DNA of 64,000 nt, from positions 25,020 through 89,019 of IMG/VR virus record IMGVR_UViG_3300032323_000739. One strand, given 5' to 3'. This DNA is from a virus. Each line of letters begins with the position of its first letter. The stretch's first letter is position 1. A program made the translations under genes and the position numbers. This document shows, piece after piece, positions 1 to 10,124 of this stretch. A model generated the notes under the pieces. It was given only the letters and a program-made list of their open reading frames with translations. It searched no databases and was not told the DNA's origin.

Positions 1-2
1 AT

Positions 3-2150
3 GATACTAGTATAGGTGTTAATCAACTTAAAATTTGGGACGGCAGTAACTGGGGTGCCGCAGGTGGTCTTAAAAAAGGATCAAATGAACCTGATGTAAG
101 TTCTAGTGTTGTCGGTGACTTATGGGTTAATACTGATACACAACAATTATATTTGTTCACTGGCTCAGGCTGGATTCTAGTTGGACCAAGATTTAGTTCT
201 GGGTCTAGAACAGGAGCAGAACCAGAAGTTATCATAGACACGTTAAATACTCCGCAAAACGTTGTAAGCCAATATGTAGAAGGCGAACGTGTGATGATTA
301 TTAGCAAAACTGATTTTATACCTAAATCAGTTATACCTGGGTTTACAGAAATTAAAGCAGGTACTAATCTTAATAATCTATACAGCACTTATTACGGAAC
401 AGCAGATAAAACTACTAAGTTAGTGGTTTCGGGATACCCAAATGGATTAGATGCTAATAGTTTTGTAAGAAAAGACATAGAACAAAACACACAAGGTGCA
501 TTAAATGTTCGTAATGCAGGTGGTGTTAGCGTAGGCACTGATGCACAATTTACAATGAATCTGGACGGAGCAACTGGTGTAATTCGCCATAAGACTTCCG
601 GAGCCAGTATTGATATTCGTGTTAACAATAACAACAGTGTATCTACAGTTATTCGAGTTGATGCTAACGAACGTGTTGGTATTAGAAAATTAAATCCTCA
701 AGAAGCATTAGATGTTACTGGTAATATTTTAGCCAGCGGTACAATTAAAACAACTGATACAACAGAATCTACAACTAGCGGCACTGGTAGTGCTGTGTTT
801 GCCGGCGGAGTAGGCATTGCAAAAAATTTAAATGTTGGCGGTAATTTAATTGTAAGCAGTAACTTGCTTCCTGATGAACAAAATGGTGCAGATATAGGCA
901 CTGTAGATTTGCGATTTGAAAACATTTATGCTTCGACAATAGATGTAGCAAATGAATTTGTTGGTGATTTACGAGGAAACGTTATTGGTAATATTACCGG
1001 TAATGCACAAGGATCCGCTAGTAAATTGGCAAGTTCTACAATCTTTGAATTAACCGGTGACGTTACTAGTAGTGCTGTTGAGTTTGACGGACAAGTTGGT
1101 ACACCTACAGTAGCCACATTAACAGCATCTGGCGACGGTACAACAGCCACACTTACTTTTGCAACACAGACTATTCCTCCTTATCCGGTTGGATCTACTA
1201 TTGTTGTTTCTAGTATTGTGCCAACAGGATATCGCGGAACATTTATTGTTACAGGTGCTACAGCAAATAGCGTTAGTTACGCAAACACTACTACAGGTGC
1301 GCAAACTACAGCAGGACAAGTGGCACCATTGGCTCCTGTAGGAAATAGAAAAACATTCTTTACTAGACTTAGTGAAACTTTTATTTCAAGTAAACCCGCT
1401 GTAACTGAAATAGCAGAAAACGATCAATTATTGCTAAGTCGCGGCGCAGAAGGTTTAAAAAGAATTTCAAAATCAGATTTCTTTAATGCTATTCCAGGTA
1501 TGCCAGTTGGCGCAGTTATGCCTTACGCTGGACCAGTTGCTCCGGGTGGTTGGTTAGTGTGTGACGGTAGCGAAGTTAAAACTGCTGACTATGAAACATT
1601 GTTTAGTGTTATAGGCTATACCTACGGTGATCCAGCAACATTATTAGGTCTAGGAACATTTAAATTACCTGACTTACGTGGTCGATTTGCTCTAGGTCTT
1701 GATAACATGACTAGTGGAATCACAGTACCGCAAGGTCCGGGAAGCGGACCGGGCTGGGATCCAAATAACCAAATTACTACGGGCGGTGGACCTGCTAATC
1801 GAGTAACAGATGTACAAGCCGACATTGATTATGCTAATCCGTTCTCAGCAAGAATTGGTGGCGGAGATGAGGACAGAACATTGGCTGTTAATAATCTTCC
1901 AGATCACGAACACGATTTAAGAGGCAATGCAGGCAATCCTTATTATGCTTATAGAAATAATTCCGGAACGCCTCCAGATACAGATGCTATTTCGGGTACG
2001 GGTAATCCACCAGAAGATTCGGGTCTAGGACAATATCTAGGAACCAGTGGCGGCATTTTAACAAGCCCACCGGGCACATTCAGTCAAGCAGCCTTGAATG
2101 TTATGAACCCGTATTTGGCTATGAATTATATTATCTATACCGGAGCATAA
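3..2150 (+). CDS. Tail fibre protein with C-terminal phage tail-collar domain (5'-truncated)
   Basis: Frame is open from nt 3 (DTSIGVNQLKIWDGSNW...GDLWVNTDTQQLYLFTGSG), so the real start lies upstream of the window. Gly/Thr-rich fibre; collar motif PVGAVMPYAG..APGGWLVCDG...LFSVIG..YG...FKLPDLRGRF; terminal NVMNPYLAMNYII. Confidence 0.85.
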   Translation, partial: DTSIGVNQLKIWDGSNWGAAGGLKKGSNEPDVSSSVVGDLWVNTDTQQLYLFTGSGWILVGPRFSSGSRTGAEPEVIIDTLNTPQNVVSQYVEGERVMIISKTDFIPKSVIPGFTEIKAGTNLNNLYSTYYGTADKTTKLVVSGYPNGLDANSFVRKDIEQNTQGALNVRNAGGVSVGTDAQFTMNLDGATGVIRHKTSGASIDIRVNNNNSVSTVIRVDANERVGIRKLNPQEALDVTGNILASGTIKTTDTTESTTSGTGSAVFAGGVGIAKNLNVGGNLIVSSNLLPDEQNGADIGTVDLRFENIYASTIDVANEFVGDLRGNVIGNITGNAQGSASKLASSTIFELTGDVTSSAVEFDGQVGTPTVATLTASGDGTTATLTFATQTIPPYPVGSTIVVSSIVPTGYRGTFIVTGATANSVSYANTTTGAQTTAGQVAPLAPVGNRKTFFTRLSETFISSKPAVTEIAENDQLLLSRGAEGLKRISKSDFFNAIPGMPVGAVMPYAGPVAPGGWLVCDGSEVKTADYETLFSVIGYTYGDPATLLGLGTFKLPDLRGRFALGLDNMTSGITVPQGPGSGPGWDPNNQITTGGGPANRVTDVQADIDYANPFSARIGGGDEDRTLAVNNLPDHEHDLRGNAGNPYYAYRNNSGTPPDTDAISGTGNPPEDSGLGQYLGTSGGILTSPPGTFSQAALNVMNPYLAMNYIIYTGA

Positions 2151-2156
2151 ACAGTC

Positions 2157-4010
2157 ATGACGTACACTATTAATAAAACAGATGGTAATGAATTAACTAA
2201 AATACCTGACGGTACGTTTGACACTAACAGCACTAGTATTACGCTGATAGGTAAAAACGTAACCAGTTTTGGTGAAGCACTTAACGAAAATTTTGTTAAG
2301 TTACTGGAAAATTTTTCCAGTGCTACGGCGCCAGAAAATCCAATTAGGGGTCAAATTTGGTTTGACACTACTAACAATAGACTAAACGTATATGACGGCA
2401 CATCATTTCGAGCCAGTGGTGGACCACAAGTTGGTCCACGTGCTCCGACAAATTTAGTTACTGGTGACTTGTGGATTAACAACGATACAAATCAACTTTA
2501 TTTTTATGACGGTACTGATTTAGTATTAGCCGGACCGATATGGGCCAACGCTCAAGGCGAAACTGGGTTTAAAGTAGTTACCGTAATAGATACCTTTGGT
2601 GTTAGTCATACTATTGCACAACTACGTGTTAAGAGTGTAATAATTGGTATCTTTAGTAAAGATGCGTTTGTACCTCGATCAGATTTTTTAAATGATGTAG
2701 CAGGTATAAATCCTGTAGGCATAGGATTTTCTGCAGCCAATATTGCAGGAATTAAATTTGATGTTACTGTTACACGCAGTGAAAATATTTTATTAGACGA
2801 CGGAACACCAAAGTCGGGTAGTGAGTTAGTGTTTACTAACGAAGAAGCAGTATTCACAGAAAAAGTAACAATACAAAATGACATTGGTTTAGTAATTGGC
2901 GGTGCAGAACAAGTACAACAAAAAGTCGTCGATGATGAATTTATAATTGAAAATCAAATTACTAACAAACCAATTAAACTTAAAGTAAAGTCGTTGGCTA
3001 CTACATTTACCGGACTTAGTGTTTTACCTATTGCACCAAATCAAGCATATATAGGTATTTCTAAAGATGTACCTACAGCCGCGTTAGATGTCAACGGTGA
3101 TGTTAAAGTTTCCGGTAATTTAATTATTGAGGGATCCACTACAACAATAAATTCGACAACATTAACAGTTGATGATAAAAATATTGTTTTAGGTGATACC
3201 GCAAGTCCTACAGATGTTGGTGCAGACGGTGGCGGCATTACCTTAAGAGGTACAGTAAATAAGACTATAACCTATAGCAATGCTAGTCAAAGTTGGGACT
3301 TGTCTGAAAATCTTAAATTAGCATCTACAAAAACAATTAGTATTGGTTCTAGCGAAGTGCTATCGGATAATGCATTAGGTACTTCTATAACATCATCAAG
3401 CCTTGAAATTGTTGGTGTACTTGAAAGTTTACAAATAAAAGGTACAGCAACTTCAGGATTAAATTTTTTAGACGGAACTATTAGTTTAGCATCCGGCGAC
3501 ATAGGTATTAATCCAGCAGGAAGTTTAAATCTAAATAGCAAGAAAATTATTAATCTTTCTAACCCACGCTCAGGTGTTGCAGGCCTACAAGATGCCGCAA
3601 CTAGAACGTATGTGGATGATGCTGTGTTTGCCCGCCCACTATCTATGAGTATGGATATTACAGGATTGGCTAATAATGCTGCCATTGCCGCAATATTAGA
3701 TCAAGTGGCTCCGTTTTACGATCCGACTTCGTCACCGGATGGTTCAGCAATCGACGGAACAATCCTATATTTGCACACTACTACTGTTTCTGTATCAAAC
3801 GGTACTACAACAATTACTGGTGCAAATATAACTAAAACTTACGATAACGCACTAAGTATAGACGGATCTAGCACTGTTCCTGTTTTAACAGATGTCAATT
3901 TTAGCCCAATAGCGGGCCCTACAGCAACAGTTACAGTAGCACGTCAAAATAAAAGATTTATCATGGGCAGAAACGTGCCCGGACAGTGGGGTTTTGACGG
4001 TGATATCTAA
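2157..4010 (+). CDS. Tail fibre/baseplate-associated virion protein
   Basis: N-terminal module MTYTINKTDG...LIGKN...GE..NENF..LLENF...GQIWFD shared with 4053..5564; beta-rich, Thr/Ser/Gly-rich. Confidence 0.7.
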   Translation: MTYTINKTDGNELTKIPDGTFDTNSTSITLIGKNVTSFGEALNENFVKLLENFSSATAPENPIRGQIWFDTTNNRLNVYDGTSFRASGGPQVGPRAPTNLVTGDLWINNDTNQLYFYDGTDLVLAGPIWANAQGETGFKVVTVIDTFGVSHTIAQLRVKSVIIGIFSKDAFVPRSDFLNDVAGINPVGIGFSAANIAGIKFDVTVTRSENILLDDGTPKSGSELVFTNEEAVFTEKVTIQNDIGLVIGGAEQVQQKVVDDEFIIENQITNKPIKLKVKSLATTFTGLSVLPIAPNQAYIGISKDVPTAALDVNGDVKVSGNLIIEGSTTTINSTTLTVDDKNIVLGDTASPTDVGADGGGITLRGTVNKTITYSNASQSWDLSENLKLASTKTISIGSSEVLSDNALGTSITSSSLEIVGVLESLQIKGTATSGLNFLDGTISLASGDIGINPAGSLNLNSKKIINLSNPRSGVAGLQDAATRTYVDDAVFARPLSMSMDITGLANNAAIAAILDQVAPFYDPTSSPDGSAIDGTILYLHTTTVSVSNGTTTITGANITKTYDNALSIDGSSTVPVLTDVNFSPIAGPTATVTVARQNKRFIMGRNVPGQWGFDGDI

Positions 4011-4025
4011 AATACAGCAGAGCGA

Positions 4026-4031
4026 TAAATA
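4026..4031 (+). promoter_or_regulatory. Putative late-promoter box TAAATA
   Basis: GATAAATA in the intergenic gap before a structural gene; resembles the T4 late consensus TATAAATA. Confidence 0.45.
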
Positions 4032-4052
4032 CAGCATACTAGGGGTGAACTT

Positions 4053-5564
4053 ATGTCATACGTAATTAATAAATTTAATGGAACAGCGATTACAACCATA
4101 GAAGATGGTACAGTAGATCAAACGCTAGACATTAAACTTATCGGTAAAAACTATGCTGGATACGGTGAAATCCAGAACGAAAATTTCTTGCATATGTTGG
4201 AAAATTTTGCCAACAATGCTCCTCCCCCTAATGCTATTGCAGGGCAGATTTGGTTTGATTCAACCACTAAAAAATTAAAGTTTTTTACAGGTGATACCCC
4301 AGGTGGTGTTAAATTATTTAAAACAGCAGGCGGTGTTGAATATAGCGCCAACGAACCCTCTAGTGCTACAGAAGGCGATTTATGGTTAGATACTTCTGTA
4401 AACCAACTTAAAGTTAGAATTGCCGGAAGTCAGTGGTTATCAGTTGGTCCACAAAGTGCAGGAACAGGTACAACACAGTTAGTATCTCGTCAAGTTAAAG
4501 CCACTGACGATAGTTTAAAATCTATTATTGCTGCCACAGTTAACAATGAAGTTGTTTATGTAATCTCTAAAGATTTTGACTTTACTTTAAAAACAGGTGA
4601 CTTAGCCAACAATGGCTTAGATGGTTCGGGATTTACTTTAATTAAGAAAGGTATTACATTAGCCTACAGCGACTCTAATGGTAAATCTACACAGAGTCAC
4701 AGATTCTGGGGTACAGCATCTGCGGCTACAGGACTTGTTGATAGTTTAGGAAACTTTGTACCGGCCAGTGCCTTTGTGCAAAGCGGTAGTTCAACATTTA
4801 CAGCCATAGTTCGTTTTGCAGATGTAGGTTATACAGTAGGCGACAGCAACGACCTAGCAGTGTTTATTGAATCAGGTGTTGAACCAATAATTCAAAATAC
4901 ATCAGGACCTAAAATTATATTCCGAGTACAAGACGGCGCTACTACTCAAAACGTAGTTTCTATTAATGCTAATCGACTTGAGCCAGGATCAGATAACACG
5001 TATAGTCTGGGTACTTCTAGTAAAAAATGGAGTAACGTCTACGCTACAACTTTTACAGGTACTGCTACTCAAGCAGATACATTGTTAGTAGGAAGCTCAT
5101 ACAGAGTAGCATCAACAGCAGCCACAGCAGACACTATTGCGTGTCGTGATGCCGCAGGTAATATGACAGCCGCGGTATTTAACGGTACTGCAACATCAGC
5201 ACGTTACGCTGACCTAGCAGAAAAATATTTGGCAGATGCTGAATATGAGCCAGGTACAGTTGTTGCTGTTGGCGGCGAAGCAGAAGTTACAGCAGTAAAA
5301 TTTGGTGACCGCGCTATCGGTGTTGTTTCTACTGCACCTGCTTATATGATGAACAGCGAATTAGAAGGTGGCACTTATGTAGCTCTAAAAGGTCGTGTAC
5401 CATGTAAAGTAGTTGGTACAGTTCGTAAAGGTGATCGGTTAGTAGCATCAAACAACGGATGTGCAATAGCAGCCAGTTTCCATCAGCATCCTGATGTTTT
5501 TGGAATTGCTTTAGAAAATAACAGCGAAACTGGTGTCAAAACAGTAGAAGTTTTAGTGTTATAA
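4053..5564 (+). CDS. Tail fibre protein with C-terminal intramolecular chaperone/autocleavage domain (peptidase G2-like)
   Basis: Same N-terminal module as the previous gene; C-terminal ARYADLAEKY..D..YEPGTVV...IGVVST.PA...VALKGRVPCKV.G...KGD.LV pattern. Confidence 0.7.
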   Translation: MSYVINKFNGTAITTIEDGTVDQTLDIKLIGKNYAGYGEIQNENFLHMLENFANNAPPPNAIAGQIWFDSTTKKLKFFTGDTPGGVKLFKTAGGVEYSANEPSSATEGDLWLDTSVNQLKVRIAGSQWLSVGPQSAGTGTTQLVSRQVKATDDSLKSIIAATVNNEVVYVISKDFDFTLKTGDLANNGLDGSGFTLIKKGITLAYSDSNGKSTQSHRFWGTASAATGLVDSLGNFVPASAFVQSGSSTFTAIVRFADVGYTVGDSNDLAVFIESGVEPIIQNTSGPKIIFRVQDGATTQNVVSINANRLEPGSDNTYSLGTSSKKWSNVYATTFTGTATQADTLLVGSSYRVASTAATADTIACRDAAGNMTAAVFNGTATSARYADLAEKYLADAEYEPGTVVAVGGEAEVTAVKFGDRAIGVVSTAPAYMMNSELEGGTYVALKGRVPCKVVGTVRKGDRLVASNNGCAIAASFHQHPDVFGIALENNSETGVKTVEVLVL

Positions 5565-5567
5565 AGA

Positions 5568-5573
5568 TAAGTA
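5568..5573 (+). promoter_or_regulatory. Putative late-promoter box TAAGTA
   Basis: GATAAGTA in the intergenic gap, followed by an AAGGA SD and the ATG at 5598. Confidence 0.4.
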
Positions 5574-5597
5574 ACATACACGGATAAAGGAAAGATT

Positions 5598-6506
5598 ATG
5601 GCAGTCGGTGATTTAATTACAGCAACGAGATATAATAATTTACAAAGTCGTATTAACGTTATTATGGGCGTGGGCTCGGGTAATAGCGGATACGGACAAA
5701 CTTTAGTTAGCGGACAAGTTATTGCAGGTAGTAACGTAGACTTAACTCGCGTATTGAACTTGCGTACAGACATGCTGAAAGCACGCCAACATCAAACCGG
5801 CGGTAACGAAGGACCTAGCCCAGGCACTGGAGCATTTCCGTTGGTTACAACTGCTGATCAAATTACAGATGCTTTTGCCGCAAACCTTGAAAGCCAAATG
5901 ACTACTATTGAAAACAATAAATTAGCATTAGGACTAGTAGCAGGTAACTTTACCGATGTAACAGATGCATTAACTAGCCAACGTACTGCTAGTTGGAATG
6001 GTCTATTAACACACAATCTTACAGTGGCATTTGGCAGCGATAATAATGCTCGTTATTTCTTTAACAGCGGCGGTGATATTCGTTTCCGTGTTACACTAAC
6101 AGGCGGTACTAGCGACACAGGTGCTAACCAAATTTATACAGATTGGTTAAACATGTTTAACACCATGGGTACTATCATTATGAATCATAATACTACTAGT
6201 AGAACTGGTACAGCAGGAACAACACAAAATATTGGTTTTTATGGTTTGACTGGTACTAACCAAGAAATTTTCCGTCGTGTAGGTTCGGGCAACTACGCTT
6301 CAAACACATACATTATTAATGCACGTAAGGATACTTCAGGTAACGTATTTTTTAACATCCAATTCAACGATAACAAAGGCGGTAATCCAAACTTTGACGA
6401 AGCCGTAACAGGTACGTTGACAAGCCGTGTGGATCATCGTCGTGCTACGGGCTCAAACGTATCAGTAGCCGCACCAACTTTGACAACAACTACAGCAATT
6501 ACCTAA
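5598..6506 (+). CDS. Putative virion structural protein
   Basis: Thr/Gly/Asn-rich; codirectional with the fibre genes; SD AAGGA. Confidence 0.55.
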   Translation: MAVGDLITATRYNNLQSRINVIMGVGSGNSGYGQTLVSGQVIAGSNVDLTRVLNLRTDMLKARQHQTGGNEGPSPGTGAFPLVTTADQITDAFAANLESQMTTIENNKLALGLVAGNFTDVTDALTSQRTASWNGLLTHNLTVAFGSDNNARYFFNSGGDIRFRVTLTGGTSDTGANQIYTDWLNMFNTMGTIIMNHNTTSRTGTAGTTQNIGFYGLTGTNQEIFRRVGSGNYASNTYIINARKDTSGNVFFNIQFNDNKGGNPNFDEAVTGTLTSRVDHRRATGSNVSVAAPTLTTTTAIT

Positions 6507-6514
6507 TAAATTTC

Positions 6515-6543
6515 TTGACACTAGTCTCCTAGTACTATATAAT
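6515..6543 (+). promoter_or_regulatory. sigma70-type promoter
   Basis: Perfect TTGACA (6515-6520), 17 nt spacer, TATAAT (6538-6543). Confidence 0.85.
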
Positions 6544-6571
6544 ATACTAATATAGTCCTAGGAGATTTTTT
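6525..6571 (+). terminator. Hairpin plus U-tract overlapping the promoter and the SD of the next gene
   Basis: 16-bp arms 6525-6540 / 6550-6565 with one mismatch, followed by TTTTTT (6566-6571). Confidence 0.6.
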
Positions 6572-6919
6572 ATGGATGAACGATTATCCAAAGCATTAGA
6601 ATTTGCCAATTATTCGGTGACGCTGGCCAATCAACGTCGAGCTCTAAAAGAAAAATATCTAGCAGATGTTATCCACTATCATAACGGAGGATGCTTTGCT
6701 ATTACAAAAGAATTAATTAATTTTGTCAAATTACAAATCGATACAGGTAATGACACTGGTGTTGTTCTCATTGACGACAACGATATTCCAGTAGAAATTG
6801 CCAATATGGACGAATTTTTTGATACGATTCTTAACAAATATTTTACAGCCAGTAATGAATATTATACTGAGTATCAAAAACTGCGTAAAAATCGCACAGT
6901 GGAAGGTTTAACACAATGA
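6572..6919 (+). CDS. Hypothetical protein, first gene of the enzyme cluster
   Basis: 115 aa; SD AGGAG; ATGA overlap with the next gene. Confidence 0.7.
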   Translation: MDERLSKALEFANYSVTLANQRRALKEKYLADVIHYHNGGCFAITKELINFVKLQIDTGNDTGVVLIDDNDIPVEIANMDEFFDTILNKYFTASNEYYTEYQKLRKNRTVEGLTQ

Positions 6920-7797
6920 CCCGTGGCTGTTTAATCTATGCCTTTAACAACGAAGAAATAGATTATATCACTATTGCTCGAGAAGCCGCACGTCGAGTTA
7001 AACTTTACTTAGAGGTGCCCGTTTGCTTGATTACAGATTCTGTGGAACAAGCACAAAAGGTAGATCCCGACAACAAATATTTTGATACAATTATTGATGT
7101 TTGGAAAGACACCCAACTAAAACCTACAGCAGAATTATTAAACACTAGAAATGTTCGTCAATATTCAGACGGCAGTGTTACACAAAAGAAAGCCAATTTT
7201 AAAAATAGTCTCCGAACAAAAACTTATGAATTAACACCTTATGATGAAACATTAGTAATAGACAGTGATTACTTTTTAGCCAATGGTTTGTTAAAAAATT
7301 GTTGGGATCAAGAGAAAGATTTTTTAATTTATAAAGAAGGGTATGACATATCTGGATATAGAATCCACCCGGAGTTTGATCGTGTTAGCGACTATACAGT
7401 AGATTTTTATTGGGCTACAGCGTTCTGGTTTAGAAAATCATCAATGACTAAAACTTTTTTTAATCTAGTAGATCACATCCGTGACAACTGGGATTACTAT
7501 AAGTTAGTTTATCAATTTGCCAGTCATATGTACCGTAATGATCACGCCTTTAGTATTGCAATTCATATTATGAACGGTTATACAGGCTTGCCTTGGGAAG
7601 GAAAAATGCCAGGTCGTATGCTTTATACACTAGACAAAGATGTACTAGTAGATATGGATGATCGAGGATTTAGAGTATTATTAGAAAAACAAAACAGACA
7701 TGGTGAGTATACTTTAACAAAAACTCAGGATGTTAGTATACATCTTATGAATAAGTTTAGCATACACAGAGTTCTCAAGGAGATTGCTGATGTCTAA
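6916..7797 (+). CDS. GT-A fold glycosyltransferase-like protein
   Basis: TPYDETLVIDSDY (DxD motif); RNDHAFSIA; paralog of the next gene. Confidence 0.65.
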   Translation: MTRGCLIYAFNNEEIDYITIAREAARRVKLYLEVPVCLITDSVEQAQKVDPDNKYFDTIIDVWKDTQLKPTAELLNTRNVRQYSDGSVTQKKANFKNSLRTKTYELTPYDETLVIDSDYFLANGLLKNCWDQEKDFLIYKEGYDISGYRIHPEFDRVSDYTVDFYWATAFWFRKSSMTKTFFNLVDHIRDNWDYYKLVYQFASHMYRNDHAFSIAIHIMNGYTGLPWEGKMPGRMLYTLDKDVLVDMDDRGFRVLLEKQNRHGEYTLTKTQDVSIHLMNKFSIHRVLKEIADV

Positions 7798-8638
7798 AGG
7801 TTTTATTGTATTAGCACAAAATACAGACACAATAGACTATGTTCGACAGGCTTATGCTCTTGCGTTAAGCATTAAACATAGTCAGCAGACAATAAACAAT
7901 ATATCTATCATTACTAATGATATTATACCCGAACAATATAAATTTGTGTTTGATCAAATTATTAAAATCCCATGGGGTGATTCTAGCGCCAACAGTAGAT
8001 TTAAAGTAGAAAATCGTTGGAAAATATATCATGCTAGTCCATATGATCAGACCATTGTGCTTGATACTGATATGTTAGTGTTGGATGATATTTCTAGTTA
8101 CTGGTCTACCTTTGAAAATTATGAAGTTTATTATACAAGTAAAGTCTTAGATTATCGAAACAAAATTATTTCCAGTAATTATTATAGAAAAGCGTTTACT
8201 GCTAATAACCTACCAAATTTTTACTCTGGGTTACACTATTTTAAAAAATCTGAGTTTGCCAAAGAATTCTATAGTTGGGTAGAGTTAATTACAAACAACT
8301 GGGAATTATTTTATGGCAAATATGTCAGCGAACATTATCCAGAAAGGCCCAGTATGGATATTAGTGCGGCCTTAGCAGGAAAAATTATGCAAGTGACAGA
8401 AAAGATTACTAATTCTAAATACGACCCTGTAACCTTTACACACATGAAAAGTCGAATACAAGGTTGGGCTGACCCAGGGGATAGTTGGATGAATAGTGTT
8501 GCTGTATATTTTGATCACGAGTGCCAGTTAAAAATTGGTAATTTTCAACAGCAGGGAGTGTTCCATTACACTGAAAAAGAGTTTCTTACTGATGTAATAA
8601 TTAACAAATTGGAGTCAGCATGCCTGGCAATGAATTAA
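7790..8638 (+). CDS. GT-A fold glycosyltransferase-like protein
   Basis: SPYDQTIVLDTDML (DxD motif); start taken at MSKG after SD AAGGAG. Confidence 0.65.
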   Translation: MSKGFIVLAQNTDTIDYVRQAYALALSIKHSQQTINNISIITNDIIPEQYKFVFDQIIKIPWGDSSANSRFKVENRWKIYHASPYDQTIVLDTDMLVLDDISSYWSTFENYEVYYTSKVLDYRNKIISSNYYRKAFTANNLPNFYSGLHYFKKSEFAKEFYSWVELITNNWELFYGKYVSEHYPERPSMDISAALAGKIMQVTEKITNSKYDPVTFTHMKSRIQGWADPGDSWMNSVAVYFDHECQLKIGNFQQQGVFHYTEKEFLTDVIINKLESACLAMN

Positions 8639-9231
8639 CTCAAGAAGAATTAGATGCTATACTAGCACAGTCGGCATGGAAACCAGCAGACCCGCTAGTG
8701 TATTTTAATCCGGATACCGGAGAACTTCGTATGATTACTGGAGAGCAACAGGGCGATGATCCGTATTTTATACGTGTTAATCCTGCTGAGATTGACGATC
8801 TTGTAAAAAACAAAACATCCCCTGCAGACTATCGTGTAGTTATGGATTTTAAAACTAATGAATATATTCTACAAAATATTTTAGATGGAGACATTCGTAG
8901 TTTTAATTGGAATGAAGAAGTATATCAACTACCTAAACACGGAGAGGGTAGTATTACATTAGTTCAAAATATTAAAGATAAAACTTGGACTCTTAAAATA
9001 ACAGACAACGTTAGAGACTCGCTGTCTAAACAGGCAGTACACGCTAAAAGCAGTCTTGCTTTTTACGCTACTAAGCGGGATGATGTTAACGTGTTATATG
9101 GGATATTAAAGTTTAGGATGATAGATATTACTACTACAGGTGAATTTACTATAAAAGATAGTTCTGCAGAACAGGAATGCAGTGTATTTTGCCGTAGAGT
9201 ATTTGATAGTTATAGGCATGTAGAACAATGA
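8620..9231 (+). CDS. Hypothetical protein
   Basis: 203 aa ORF, overlapping both neighbours. Confidence 0.6.
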   Translation: MPGNELTQEELDAILAQSAWKPADPLVYFNPDTGELRMITGEQQGDDPYFIRVNPAEIDDLVKNKTSPADYRVVMDFKTNEYILQNILDGDIRSFNWNEEVYQLPKHGEGSITLVQNIKDKTWTLKITDNVRDSLSKQAVHAKSSLAFYATKRDDVNVLYGILKFRMIDITTTGEFTIKDSSAEQECSVFCRRVFDSYRHVEQ

Positions 9232-10124
9232 AAATAAGAATAGCAGAACAAGATATCATTTATCTCAGTTACGATGAACCCAATGCTGAGAAGAATTATG
9301 CAGATTTATTACACAAAGTACCTTGGGCTAAACGTGTACATGGAGTTAAAGGCAGCGATGCCGCACACAAAGCCTGTGCCGCATTAAGCGACACAGAATA
9401 TTTTGTCACAGTTGACGGTGACAATGTTATTGATTCTGAATTTATTAACGTAGAAATCGATTTAGATGAATTAGGGCTTGATGAAAGTTATGTATTCAGT
9501 TGGTGCGGTAAAGTTAACGTTAACGGATTAATGTATGGCAACGGCGGCCTTAAGTTATGGACTCGTAAATTTGTTAACAACATGCGTACACATGAAAATT
9601 CTGACCCTGCTGATACTAAAGGTCTAGTAGAATTTTGTTTTGATGACAAATATTATCAATTCAATACTAATTATTCTACTAGCGTTATTAATGGCAGTGC
9701 TTTCCAAGCCTTCCGTGCAGGATTTCGAGAAGGCGTAAAGATGAGTTTAAATCAAGGAGCCAAAGTTAGTAACATTAAAGACGTGTGGTGGCAAAATTAT
9801 CAACGTCTTTTAATCTGGTCTACGGTTGGCAGTGATGTGGAATATGGAGATTGGGCTATATATGGTGCTCGAGAAGGTTGCTACTTGACTAATTGTACAG
9901 ACTGGGACTATGCCAATGTTCGTGATTTTGAATACCTTACAGAACAGTGGAAAGAAAAATACAGTAAAATTACTGAGGAAATGTTACCATATGAAATTAC
10001 AGGACTTGGTGTAACACTAAAAGAAGAATTAGGTTTAGAAATAGCAGACCTAGATAAACATGGCAGTAAATTTTTTAGAACAGTATATCAAAATACTCCA
10101 AGAATAATTGGAAGAAAACTATGA
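9228..10124 (+). CDS. Glycosyltransferase-like protein (GT-A, DxD)
   Basis: SYDEPNAE...AKRVHGVKG..AAH...FVTVDGDN; paralog of 20699..21394. Confidence 0.55.
   Translation: MKIRIAEQDIIYLSYDEPNAEKNYADLLHKVPWAKRVHGVKGSDAAHKACAALSDTEYFVTVDGDNVIDSEFINVEIDLDELGLDESYVFSWCGKVNVNGLMYGNGGLKLWTRKFVNNMRTHENSDPADTKGLVEFCFDDKYYQFNTNYSTSVINGSAFQAFRAGFREGVKMSLNQGAKVSNIKDVWWQNYQRLLIWSTVGSDVEYGDWAIYGAREGCYLTNCTDWDYANVRDFEYLTEQWKEKYSKITEEMLPYEITGLGVTLKEELGLEIADLDKHGSKFFRTVYQNTPRIIGRKL

Noticed and set aside
23-5773. Short antisense ORFs over the tail genes (and similar ones across the window)
   Set aside because: Shadow frames of long sense-strand genes; no SD or recognisable motifs.
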